The notes below the pieces were generated by a model. It searched no databases. It was given only the letters and a program-made list of their open reading frames with translations, and had not been told where the DNA came from. 64,000 nucleotides of DNA from Candidatus Woesearchaeota archaeon. GTDB lineage: Archaea > Nanobdellota > Nanobdellia > Woesearchaeales > SKIA01. Made by a program: the position numbers and the translations under genes. Positions within the stretch are counted from its first letter, which is position 1. Every line of letters starts with the position of its first letter. The stretch spans positions 79,381-143,380 of the forward strand of contig JBLKOP010000002.1 in NCBI GenBank assembly GCA_047602905.1, read 5' to 3'. Below are positions 29,636 through 38,827 of this stretch, piece by piece.

Positions 29636-30804
29636 TCAGCGAGGTTGATTTGCGTGTAGCGCAGAAGAAAGCTCAGCGAACCTTGCAGGTTCACGAGCTA
29701 GAAAACCCTCTTCTTGAGAGTTTGCTTACGTATTACGAAGCGGCTGTGAGTAACGCAGTTCCTCCTCTTGCTGCTCTTGAAGCAAGTAGTGGGGTTTTGC
29801 GTAACGGGTACACTCCAAGAAGCGGTTCTTCAACAAGCCTTGATGCGTTCTTGTTAGAAGTAGATGATTCAGTTGCTGGAGAAGCGATTGCTGGGTTGTA
29901 TGAGCGTGTTAAAGAACAGAACGCTTCTGCTATTCCTGTTGATTTCGCTGGTCGCTTGTATGAGCGAACTCCTCTTGTAAGAACGCTTCCTTCTCTTATT
30001 GGTGTTGAGAGCGCTACCCAGAAGTTGCGAGAAGCGGTGAATCGCTTGTTCTTATACAACCCGTTAACAAGAACGCATTTTGAGCGTGAAAAAGACGAGG
30101 CAGGTGTTCTTCTGCACGGACCTCCAGGAACAGGCAAGTCTAGTTTGTGTGAGTACGCATACGTGCACGCACAAAACCTCTCTCAAAAGAGCGGCTTACC
30201 TTTTACTCTTGAAGTATTTGAGTCTCACGAGTATAGTATGTGGCAGGGGGAGAGTGAGAAGGCGCTTCAAAAAAAGTTTGCTTCCTTAACTAACCCTCAA
30301 GGAGTGGGTCTTCTTGTTCTTGAAGAAGTGGATATGTTGTTTGCTTCCCGAGAAGATAGCGGAGCAGGTGTCGGTGTAAAAACGACAAATACGCTTATGC
30401 AAAACCTAAGTGGCTTTAGTGCTTCTCGCTACAGTAACTTCTTAGTTATTGGTACAAGTAACTTACCACACAAGATTGATCATGGTATGAAGCGACGCCT
30501 CCCTACTCGCGTGCACGTTCCTCTCTACGATTCTCTTAGTCAGTACCGCTTACTTAGTGAGCATGTGCTGAGCTGGCCTTCTTCTGAAGTTCATGAGTAC
30601 TTGGCGAGTACGGGGTTTACGAATCGTTTATCTGCTTCTGAGATGACGAGCATGTGTAATTTTGTTCATAGTGTTCGTTGCGGTCCTGTTGACGAAAGCA
30701 TTTTTTCTCTTCCTCTTCATCAAAGAGAAGCTGCTCGCAGAGCGCAGTACAAAGATTTGTCTTTACAAGAAGTGCAGAGTGCTTTGCGCTCTTACGAATT
30801 TTGA
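29611..30804 (+). CDS. Single-module classical-clade AAA+ ATPase
   Basis: LLHGPPGTGKS, SMWQGESEK pore loop, LLVLEEVD Walker B, GTSNLP..ID...KRRL second region of homology. Confidence 0.85.
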   Translation: MEQDSSAVISEVDLRVAQKKAQRTLQVHELENPLLESLLTYYEAAVSNAVPPLAALEASSGVLRNGYTPRSGSSTSLDAFLLEVDDSVAGEAIAGLYERVKEQNASAIPVDFAGRLYERTPLVRTLPSLIGVESATQKLREAVNRLFLYNPLTRTHFEREKDEAGVLLHGPPGTGKSSLCEYAYVHAQNLSQKSGLPFTLEVFESHEYSMWQGESEKALQKKFASLTNPQGVGLLVLEEVDMLFASREDSGAGVGVKTTNTLMQNLSGFSASRYSNFLVIGTSNLPHKIDHGMKRRLPTRVHVPLYDSLSQYRLLSEHVLSWPSSEVHEYLASTGFTNRLSASEMTSMCNFVHSVRCGPVDESIFSLPLHQREAARRAQYKDLSLQEVQSALRSYEF

Positions 30805-32519
30805 TTGTTGTAGAGTTCTTCTACGTAGCTAAGTGGCGTTATGTCTTCTACGCTTCTCTCCTCTGTTCGGTTGCGCAGGATTCTTGGGAATCGTAGCGCG
30901 TAGCCACTCGCGTAGCTAGGACTTTTTTGTATTTCTTCATACGCTACTTCTACGACGATTGTTGGTTTGATTGTTACGGCGTTGTTTTCTTCACTTATTA
31001 CGTGCTCTTCTAAGAGTTCTGTGATTTCTGGGTAGCTAAAGCCTTCTTCAGGGAGTTCTTTAAGTCCTGTACCTACTTTTCCTATTGCTAAAAGCGCTCC
31101 TTCCTCATCCATTATCGCTACCTCAAAGCTGGTAAGCCACCCTTTTCTTTTTCCTTCTCCCCACTCAGCACCTATTATTACTACGTCTAGTGGTTCCATG
31201 GTGTCTTTGATTTTCATCCAGTTTCCTACTCGTGTTCCTGGCTGATACGTGCTATCAAGTTTTTTTGCAAACAGCCCTTCTGTTCCTGCAGTTTTTGCTT
31301 GTGTAAAGAACTCGTTTGCTTCTTGTAGTGTAGCAACTATTGTTGTTTGCGCTACTCCAAAGAGTTCTTGCTCAGTAATTGTTTCTTCAAGGATTTCTTG
31401 TCGTTTACTCAGAGGAGTTTCTAGGAGTTCTTCTTTGTCTTTGTAAAGAATATCGAATACGCGTACATCTACAGGAAGTTTCTTTGCTGTCTCGCTAATA
31501 GCGTATTTTCTTCGTATGCGTTGACTAATTTCTTGAAAGGGTTTGTACTTTTTTGTTTCTGCATCTACTCCTATTGCTTCTGCGTCGAGAATGCATTCTT
31601 TGCACGTAACGTTTTCTCGTACTGCTTCTACGATGTCAGGAAATTGTTTTGTAACGTTTTCTAGTCTTCGCGTAAATATGGTTATCTTGTCTTCTTGTTT
31701 ATGTATTTCTACACGAAAACCGTCGTACTTGTATTGCAGTAGGATTTCTTCTCCTAGCTTCTCAAACGCGTCGGTGAGTTCTCCTCGTACTCCTAGCATG
31801 ACTTTTAGAGGTACTCCTAGTTGTATGCGTACTTGTTGTACGTGCTCTAGTCCTTTTTTTGCGTTCACAGCTACTTCTGAGAAATCATTGGTTTTGTCAT
31901 ACGCGCTCTGTACTGCTTGGCTTACGTGTTTGTACGCTTCTCGATTAATTATTTCTTCCTCTTCTATACCTGCTTCTTTGCTTAAGAACGCATAGATTAT
32001 GGCGTCTCGTAGCGTTCCTGAAGCGATTCCTATGCGTAAATCCTCTAGTACTGTTCTGGTGATGTACTTGGCTTCTTGTGGTTGTGCGTGGCTGAGTAAC
32101 TCGCTGATTATCTTCATTTTTTGTCCTGTACTCCCAACTCCTTCTATGCTGCTAAGTGTTCGTAGTTGTTCATACACGTATTTCACGCTGAGTGTTTTTG
32201 CAAAGAGGGTTTGTTGGTTTTTTGTGCTGCTCATCTGCTCAGCTACCATTCCTAAATCTCCTGTTTTTCGTAGTGCTTGATGTATTTCTTTGCTGTTTCT
32301 TCCTGTTACTTGGCAGAGTAACTTAATCATTATCTTTGCTGATACGCCCATGGTTTCTTTCTGCCAAGCTGCTTGTACTCGTCCTTGTAGTAAGTGCGTT
32401 ACTCGTCTGAGGTCTTGGTTGCTTTCTCTGAGTAGTTGCGCTAGTATACGCGTTTTTTCTAGTCGTTTACTGGTTTGTTGTACGTTCTCATACGCTAAGC
32501 ATAGCTTCTCATACTGCAT
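30792..32519 (-). CDS. lig: ATP-dependent DNA ligase
   Basis: KYDGFR, LDAE, FDIL, EGLFAK, WMKIK, LRFPR. Confidence 0.95.
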   Translation of the reverse strand: MQYEKLCLAYENVQQTSKRLEKTRILAQLLRESNQDLRRVTHLLQGRVQAAWQKETMGVSAKIMIKLLCQVTGRNSKEIHQALRKTGDLGMVAEQMSSTKNQQTLFAKTLSVKYVYEQLRTLSSIEGVGSTGQKMKIISELLSHAQPQEAKYITRTVLEDLRIGIASGTLRDAIIYAFLSKEAGIEEEEIINREAYKHVSQAVQSAYDKTNDFSEVAVNAKKGLEHVQQVRIQLGVPLKVMLGVRGELTDAFEKLGEEILLQYKYDGFRVEIHKQEDKITIFTRRLENVTKQFPDIVEAVRENVTCKECILDAEAIGVDAETKKYKPFQEISQRIRRKYAISETAKKLPVDVRVFDILYKDKEELLETPLSKRQEILEETITEQELFGVAQTTIVATLQEANEFFTQAKTAGTEGLFAKKLDSTYQPGTRVGNWMKIKDTMEPLDVVIIGAEWGEGKRKGWLTSFEVAIMDEEGALLAIGKVGTGLKELPEEGFSYPEITELLEEHVISEENNAVTIKPTIVVEVAYEEIQKSPSYASGYALRFPRILRNRTEERSVEDITPLSYVEELYNNQNS

Positions 32520-32586
32520 GTATACTGGTATTCTTTGCTGGTATTTAACCGTAAGGCTTTTAGCCAACTACGTATACAAGCTCTTC

Positions 32587-33264
32587 ATGGATGACTTTAT
32601 TGATTTCTGTCAGCACCGCCGTAGTGTTCGTGATTTTAGTACAAAAACGGTTGCTTTTGAGGATGTCGTTGATTGCTTGCACGCTGCTACGTACGCTCCT
32701 AGCGTGAGTGATTTGCAGCCGTGGGAGTTTGTTGTCGTAACGTCTGGTTCTGCTCGAGAAGCTGTTGTTAGTTGCTGTAAGGATAGTGGTTGGTTGCTTG
32801 ACGCTCCTGTTCTTGTTGCTGTTCTTCTTGATCGTTCTCGTTTTGAAGCGTATCATGGTTCTGAAGAGGTGGTTTTTGCTCGTGATAGCTGTGTTGCTGC
32901 TGCGATGAACGTTGTTTATGCTGCGCTAAGTAAGGGTCTTGGTTCTTGTTGGGTTACGGATTTCTTCTCTGAGAAGCTTGCTGGTACGCTTAAGATTCCT
33001 GCTTCTTGCGAAATTGTTTGTTTACTTGCTCTGGGCTATCCTGCTGAGGCGGATGTTATTCCTAAGCACGTAACGAGCTTGAATGAAATAACGTATTTTG
33101 ATGTTTATGGCGCTAAGCGTACTGATGTCTCTACGTACACCATGGATTACGGCGCTGCTGCTCGAGAGGTTGCTTCTGAAGCTGCTTTTCGTGTGAAGAA
33201 AAAGCCGTTTGTTAAGCGTTTTCGTGATCAGTTAGATGCGATGATGGGCAAGAAAAAAGAGTAG
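32587..33264 (+). CDS. Nitroreductase family protein
   Basis: RRSVRDF, APS...QPWEFVVV, GLGSCW, LGYP. Confidence 0.88.
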   Translation: MDDFIDFCQHRRSVRDFSTKTVAFEDVVDCLHAATYAPSVSDLQPWEFVVVTSGSAREAVVSCCKDSGWLLDAPVLVAVLLDRSRFEAYHGSEEVVFARDSCVAAAMNVVYAALSKGLGSCWVTDFFSEKLAGTLKIPASCEIVCLLALGYPAEADVIPKHVTSLNEITYFDVYGAKRTDVSTYTMDYGAAAREVASEAAFRVKKKPFVKRFRDQLDAMMGKKKE

Positions 33265-33322
33265 TTTCTTGACTGGACATGTGCAAGATACGTTTTTATA
33301 GCGCTTCTTCTTTGCTTGGTAT

Positions 33323-35209
33323 ATGTTGCTGAATGCTAATCGTCGTCGCTTATTATTATTTCCTCACGAAACCGTTCGTCCTATTCAGGATGAGTTAGTT
33401 ATTGCTGTTGATGAGTCTGTTCGTAAGCGCAAGCACTTAGTCGTTAATGCTCCTACTGGTCTTGGTAAGACTGCTGCGAGTATTGGTCCTGCTGTCGCGT
33501 ATGCTATTGAGAACGATCTTACAGTGTTTTTCTTGACAAGTCGCCACACCCAGCACCAAATCGCTTTGGATACGATTAAGGCTATTGAGGATCGGTATGA
33601 ACAAACGATTCCTGTTGCTAATCTTATTGGTAAGAAGTGGATGTGTTTGCAGGATGGCGTTTCTGGTATGCATTCTGGTGAGTTCGTGCAGTATTGTCGT
33701 CGTTTACGAGAGAACGCTTCTTGTGAGTATTTTGAGAACTTAAAGCGTTCTGGTTCTCTTTCTCCTGATGCTCGTGTTGCTGTTGAGAAGGCTAAGAGCG
33801 CTCCTGCTGCTAGTTCTGTTGTCTCTATTGGTCGCGAGCATTCTGTGTGTCCGTATGAGATTGGGTTGTTAGCTGCTAGGGAGTCAAGAGTTATTGTTAC
33901 GGATTATTTTTATTTGTTTCATCCACGTATTCGTGAGTCGTTCTTGGCAAAGATAGGTAAGTCTCTTGAGGAATCTATTATTATTGTTGATGAAGCGCAT
34001 AACTTGCCTGAGCGCATTAAGGATTTGGCTTCTTCTCGTCTCTCTACGTTTGTTCTTGATCGTGCTGTTCAGGAAGCGGTTGATTTTGAGTACGAGTTTC
34101 CTCAGATTGGTCGTCTTAAGGGGGTGTTGATGGCTTTGGCTAAGGAGGTTGATAAGAAAGCTGGTGAGGGGTTTGTTTCTCGCGAGGATGTTCTTGAGTT
34201 GCTTGGCGAGGTTGATGTGAAGGCTTTGCTTGTTGCGGGCGATCATGTTCGTGAGGAGCGGCGTAATAGCTATATTGCTAGTGTTGCTGAGTTCTTGGAT
34301 GAGTGGCGCGAGGAGGATGAGGGTTTTACGCGTATATTGTCTGTTTCTGATTCTTCTGTTTCTTTGTCTCGCAGGTGTCTTGATCCTGGTGTTGTTTCTG
34401 GTCCGTTGTTTCGTGAGTGTTACGCTTCTGTTCTTATGAGTGGTACGCTTCATCCTACGGTGATGTATTCTGAGTTGCTTGATCTTCCTTTGCGTACGGA
34501 TGAGTACACGTTTCAGAGTCCTTTTCCTTCTTCTAATCGTCTTTCTCTTATTGTTACGAAGACGACTACGAAGTATACTGCTCGTAGTTCCTCTATGTTT
34601 GATGAGCAGGCTTCTGTTCTTGCGGAGATTGCTGAGGCTACTCCTGGTAATGTGTTGGTGTTTGTTCCTTCTTACGCGTTGCTTTCTGAGATTCATGAGC
34701 GTTTTCAAACAATGACTTCTAAGCCGGTGTTTTGTGAGTCTCGGGGTATGAGTAAGTCGGATAAGGCTTCTGTTCTTTCTAAGCTTGAGTCGTATTCTTC
34801 TTCTGGAGCAGTTTTTTTGGGTGTTACTTCTGGCTCGTTTGCTGAGGGCGTTGATTTTAAGGGTGATTTGGCTAAGGCGGTTGTTGTGGTTGGTCTTCCT
34901 CTTGCTCGTCCTGATTTGGAGACGCAGGCGTTGATGAAGTATTATGATAAGAAGTTTTCTCGCGGCTGGGATTATGGCTACGTCTTTCCTGCGTTTAATA
35001 AGGTCTTGCAGAGTGCTGGTCGGGTTATTCGTTCTGAAGAGGAGAAGGGTGCGCTTATTTTTTTGGATGAGCGCTATGCTTGGGCTAATTATCAGCGGTG
35101 TTTTCCTCAGACGTGGCAGTTAGTGCAAAGTGATTCTCCTGGGGATGTTGTTAAGGAGTTCTTTGGTGTTTCTTCTCAAAAAAAGGCTTCTTCTGATTGG
35201 TTCTCATAG
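33323..35209 (+). CDS. xpd: XPD/Rad3-family Fe-S DNA helicase
   Basis: APTGLGKT, Fe-S cysteines with CPYE, DEAHN, SGTL, EGVDF, QSAGRVIR. Confidence 0.9.
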   Translation: MLLNANRRRLLLFPHETVRPIQDELVIAVDESVRKRKHLVVNAPTGLGKTAASIGPAVAYAIENDLTVFFLTSRHTQHQIALDTIKAIEDRYEQTIPVANLIGKKWMCLQDGVSGMHSGEFVQYCRRLRENASCEYFENLKRSGSLSPDARVAVEKAKSAPAASSVVSIGREHSVCPYEIGLLAARESRVIVTDYFYLFHPRIRESFLAKIGKSLEESIIIVDEAHNLPERIKDLASSRLSTFVLDRAVQEAVDFEYEFPQIGRLKGVLMALAKEVDKKAGEGFVSREDVLELLGEVDVKALLVAGDHVREERRNSYIASVAEFLDEWREEDEGFTRILSVSDSSVSLSRRCLDPGVVSGPLFRECYASVLMSGTLHPTVMYSELLDLPLRTDEYTFQSPFPSSNRLSLIVTKTTTKYTARSSSMFDEQASVLAEIAEATPGNVLVFVPSYALLSEIHERFQTMTSKPVFCESRGMSKSDKASVLSKLESYSSSGAVFLGVTSGSFAEGVDFKGDLAKAVVVVGLPLARPDLETQALMKYYDKKFSRGWDYGYVFPAFNKVLQSAGRVIRSEEEKGALIFLDERYAWANYQRCFPQTWQLVQSDSPGDVVKEFFGVSSQKKASSDWFS

Positions 35210-35682
35210 AATGCGTTGAGTTCTTGCTGTATTTTGGGTAGTTCTTTCTTGAATACTTCTTGTAGGTGCTCTGTTTCTTCTTGGTAAGCGTATAGTTTTC
35301 GTACTGGAAAGAATGTTGTGTTGTGTACTGGTATGTATATCCATTGTTCTGTTCGCTTGTATTGTTTAGTGATGTCTGCGTGTGTTATTGCGTCTATCCA
35401 CTAAATAACTTGTTGTTGTAAGTTGTGTTTTTTACTTGTGTTTAGTGCTAGTGCTGTTTTGTTCTCTAAGAGTTTTATGAGTGCTAGGGGTGTTGTTTTT
35501 TCGTGTATGATTATTCCGTTTTGGTATTGGCTTGAGTCTTTGTTTAGTACGTGCAGGAAGTATTTTTCTGCTTCTTCACACACGTGTACTTCTTTGTGAA
35601 AGAAGCTGTCTTCTAGTGTTTTGTTGTGTGTTTGTAGTACTTTTTGTTGTACCCATTTGGTTGGTGTTGCGTTTTCTTGCAT
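35176..35682 (-). pseudogene. Hypothetical gene interrupted by one in-frame TAG (35401-35403)
   Basis: 93 codons, TAG, then 74 further sense codons in the same frame to TGA at 35176. Confidence 0.55.
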
Positions 35683-35818
35683 GTTTGTGTGTTAGTGGTT
35701 TTTTACTATTTATAAGTACTAATACAAGTATTTTCGCTTTAAACGAAAAAGCCCGTCCAGTATACAAATTACCACATTAATCGACATATTTATATACTAG
35801 GAGCGTCGCTTATCTGGT

Positions 35819-36235
35819 ATGGTTATCCTCTTCGACCAATTCAACCTCCCAGAGAACGTATACGAGCTCATATTCGCAACCGAGCAACAAGTACTCGTAG
35901 GAAAACTCCTCATAGAAGAAATCAAGCAACACGATGGAGAAATGGGAAAAACAGAGATGAGCATGTTCGCAACCCAGCTACACGACGGATTCACCATAGA
36001 AACAGAACAAGACTTCCCCGTACCACTCAAGAAAAAAGCAAAAATCAGCTATAACAAACGACAGTTCTACGACAGAATACTCACGCCCATGAAAACCATG
36101 GGGATGATACAGTACGACATGTACAAAAAAACGTACAAGATAAGTGAGAATTTCAACAAAAACCTCATGAAAATTGGTTTGATGTGGCTGCAAGAAACCC
36201 GCAAACCACCCTTTCCATTCAAAGTAGTCAACTGA
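35819..36235 (+). CDS. Hypothetical protein, possibly winged-helix
   Basis: 138-aa ORF; TATA at 35789-35796; YNKRQFYDRILTPMKTMGMIQY...KKTYKIS helix-wing-like pattern. Confidence 0.8.
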   Translation: MVILFDQFNLPENVYELIFATEQQVLVGKLLIEEIKQHDGEMGKTEMSMFATQLHDGFTIETEQDFPVPLKKKAKISYNKRQFYDRILTPMKTMGMIQYDMYKKTYKISENFNKNLMKIGLMWLQETRKPPFPFKVVN

Positions 36236-36277
36236 AACGGCGCACAAGCACAAGCCTTGAAGCGTCGATAGCAGGCC

Positions 36278-36458
36278 AAACGAAGTGAATGAACAATTAC
36301 CTTCAAAACTCTGGGTGCGCTTCTCTCCACTCTCTCACCCACTCTCCAATTATAAGCCCCCAGAGTTTTCTTGCTCATATTTCCTCAGCCGATTCAGGAT
36401 GAGGTGAGCTAACAGCCAAAGCCTTCGGGCTTTGGCACTTTTACATTCACTGTTGTTT
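36278..36458 (+). ncRNA. Putative multi-stem structured RNA of unknown family
   Basis: Closing stem 36278-36291/36444-36458; 11-bp stem 36305-36315/36359-36369; 5+5-bp stem 36373-36387/36400-36409; 9-bp stem with C-UUCG-G loop 36415-36436. Confidence 0.6.
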
Positions 36459-36656
36459 CTGTGTGATCTTGGTCGCCACAGTAACCACAAGCACAATCTC
36501 TCCCCCCCCCACAAAGATGCTTATCTTATACAGTAACATAATTGCCTAGTTCAGGCAGAAACAACAGTTTCTTCTCATCAAGTCCCAAAGTTCCAACAAC
36601 AGAAACCAACCATTACAGTAACTTCGTTGGCTTTGGCAAACAACAACAAACATACC

Positions 36657-36926
36657 ATGAACGAAACAATAGTAACGCACTGCCTAGCAATTTGGCATAC
36701 GCACACAGGAAGCATGCATCAGTCAGACAAAGACTTTTTTGACGCGCACGTACAAACAACCGCGCAAGAATCCTGTGATGAATTCGTAGCGGCACAAGAA
36801 CTCATAACAGCGCGTCTACACGAGTTTGGCCACGAGTATGATGAAGCAATACGTTTAGCTCAAGAACTCGTACGCACCTATGCTCAGCGCTTTGGTGTAC
36901 GCACAGAACAACTTCAAGTAGCGTAG
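36657..36926 (+). CDS. Small hypothetical protein
   Basis: 89-aa helical ORF. Confidence 0.5.
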   Translation: MNETIVTHCLAIWHTHTGSMHQSDKDFFDAHVQTTAQESCDEFVAAQELITARLHEFGHEYDEAIRLAQELVRTYAQRFGVRTEQLQVA

Positions 36927-37025
36927 TCTCAAATAAAGTTAATCAAAGAACAAAGCTAAAAAATCAAAGATAGTTTATAAATTAAAAAACAAAACTTTAA
37001 TTACTATACTTACAGTACTTACCAT

Positions 37026-37157
37026 ATGGAAACTGTAACAATTCCCAAAGAAGAGTATCGTCGCTTAAAAGTACTAGAAAAAATCGAATGGGAAGTTGTA
37101 GGGGAATTCAAAGAGGCTCTTGATGATCTCCGAGCAGATCGGTTTACAGAGTGCTAG
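37026..37157 (+). CDS. Putative archaeal RelB-like antitoxin; not in the ORF track
   Basis: Manual translation METVTIPKEEYRRLKVLEKIEWEVVGEFKEALDDLRADRFTEC. Confidence 0.6.
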   Translation: METVTIPKEEYRRLKVLEKIEWEVVGEFKEALDDLRADRFTEC

Positions 37158-37467
37158 CTATGCGCTGAGCTTCTTTTTTGAAATCTGAGAACATGAGTTT
37201 AATTTCGTCAATAGTTTCTTGCTGATATTTTTTATTGCTTGCATTGACAAGAAAAATGATTTTCAAATCTTTATAGACAAGAAAATACACTCGCTTATCT
37301 CCAATCTTTTTTTCTCTAAAGAACTCATAAGATAATGGTTGACCAATAATCTTTCCTTGCTTTAATTCTTCGATAAAACTATTTAGTTCTTCTTGCTGTT
37401 TTTTTGTTAAGAGCTTACTAATTATTTTAGAAAACTTGTCAATTTTAAACACTCGATATTGATTCAC
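37144..37467 (-). CDS. RelE/ParE-like toxin
   Basis: Basic 107 aa; GQPL...FREKKIGDKRVYFLVY...IFLV. Confidence 0.65.
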   Translation of the reverse strand: MNQYRVFKIDKFSKIISKLLTKKQQEELNSFIEELKQGKIIGQPLSYEFFREKKIGDKRVYFLVYKDLKIIFLVNASNKKYQQETIDEIKLMFSDFKKEAQRIASTL

Positions 37468-37563
37468 AAACCAGTTTATTAATTTCTTTCTTTATAACTA
37501 CACCGAAGAAAACTACTTTGGAAACATAAGAACCATTAAATACGTCTTTTTCCTTATAGGTGT

Positions 37564-37971
37564 ATGGCCACGGTGTTTGATAAAATTCTTGATAAAGAAA
37601 TCCCTAACTATACTGTGTATGAGAACGATTATGCTTTAGCTTTTCTTGATATAAACCCTTCTGTTACAGGACATACCTTAGTTATTCCTAAAGAGCGCGT
37701 AGCGAGTATTGCTGATTTAAGTCCTGAAGCTGCTGCTGGTTTTATTCATGCAGTACAAGAAGTAAATAAGCTACTTAAAAACAAACTTTCTTGTGATGGA
37801 GTTAATCATTTACTTGCTGACGGAGTAAGTGCTGGTCAAGAAGTTATGCACGTGCATATGCATCTTCTTCCTCGCTACAAACAGGACGGAAAACACTTTC
37901 ATCCTGTAGGAAAACAAGTGAGTTTATCTTCTCAGGAGTTTATTGATTTACAAGAGCAACTGCGTTCTTAG
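37564..37971 (+). CDS. HIT family nucleotide hydrolase
   Basis: AFLDINP...GHTLVIPK, AGQEV, HVHMHLLPR. Confidence 0.92.
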   Translation: MATVFDKILDKEIPNYTVYENDYALAFLDINPSVTGHTLVIPKERVASIADLSPEAAAGFIHAVQEVNKLLKNKLSCDGVNHLLADGVSAGQEVMHVHMHLLPRYKQDGKHFHPVGKQVSLSSQEFIDLQEQLRS

Positions 37972-38339
37972 TTGTGATCAAGTTTTTTTAGTTCGCGAAC
38001 GCGATCAGCTATGCGCAAGAATTCTGCTAATTCCATCTTCTCTCGAATAGGTAGGTTCAGGCTCATTCCTTCTCCTAGCTCTAACAAAATACTGTTTTTT
38101 TCAGAAACGCTCTCTTCCACTTTTGGCTCTACTGGAGCTGCAGGAGTTGGTTGCTGAACCGGTGCTTGTTGTTGTTCAGTTCTTGGCGGCTGCCATCCTT
38201 GGGGTGGTTGTTGGGGTTGTCCTTGCCAAGCTTGTTGCTGCGTAGGGGGTTGTTGTGCTCCTCCTGCTTGCATCTTTGCTTTTAACTCCTCGATTTTTGA
38301 GCGTGTATCATCGTTCTTGTTTGATCCGAATAATCCCAT
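37968..38339 (-). CDS. Hypothetical protein with Gln/Pro-rich linker
   Basis: MGLFG start, QQPP low-complexity middle, small C-terminal domain. Confidence 0.7.
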   Translation of the reverse strand: MGLFGSNKNDDTRSKIEELKAKMQAGGAQQPPTQQQAWQGQPQQPPQGWQPPRTEQQQAPVQQPTPAAPVEPKVEESVSEKNSILLELGEGMSLNLPIREKMELAEFLRIADRVRELKKLDHN

Positions 38340-38435
38340 AGTAACTTGTTTTCTCCTCTTTTCCTGACGCGGAATATAGGAGTGAATGCTGCCTTGACGT
38401 TTAAAAGGGTTTATTACTCTTGTTTAATGAAAACA

Positions 38436-38765
38436 TCAGATGTTTTCTAATATGTGTATTATCTTAATAATATTCTCTTGGTGTATTTGAGTCATCTTAT
38501 TGTTCCATTCGTCGCTGAGTTGCTGATTTTTGTTGTTGTTATTAACTGCTTGTCGTATAGTTTTACATACCCGTAGCAAGTCTTCGTAACCATCTACTCC
38601 AAGTGTTTTCGATTCTTCTATTAAATTGATTATATTTGTTATTTCATTTGTTATAGCAAGAAATTCTTGATCAGAAAAGTTCTCTATAATATTTTTTTTA
38701 TGTTGTATAATGCTTTGACGTAAATCTTTTTGTATGGCTGCGATGTGTTGTTGGTATCCTTTCAT
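38436..38765 (-). CDS. Hypothetical helical protein
   Basis: 109-aa AT-rich ORF with upstream TATA. Confidence 0.55.
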   Translation of the reverse strand: MKGYQQHIAAIQKDLRQSIIQHKKNIIENFSDQEFLAITNEITNIINLIEESKTLGVDGYEDLLRVCKTIRQAVNNNNKNQQLSDEWNNKMTQIHQENIIKIIHILENI

Positions 38766-38827
38766 GATATAATAATTTGTTTTATGTATAAAAAAGTAAA
38801 GAAAAAAAATATTTTTTTTTGTTCAGC

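Noticed and set aside
33884..34708. 274-aa basic antisense ORF and many similar shadow ORFs (e.g. 41617-42786, 38730-39455, 22763-23344, 15867-16337)
   Set aside because: They lie antisense to clear genes or remnants and have skewed composition caused by strand bias.
36289..36402. 37-codon ORF MNNYLQNSG... inside the structured element
   Set aside because: No recognisable features; the base pairing explains the sequence better.
36240..36460. RNase P RNA or SRP RNA as the identity of the structured element
   Set aside because: Minus-strand GAGGAAA and GGGGCTTA are only about 25 nt apart and lack P4 complementarity; no SRP helix-8 motif was seen. An Rfam search is still needed.
36490..36515. 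C9 run as an ORB G-string or replication origin
   Set aside because: No TTCCA..GGAA-type ORB repeats and no adjacent orc1/cdc6 gene.
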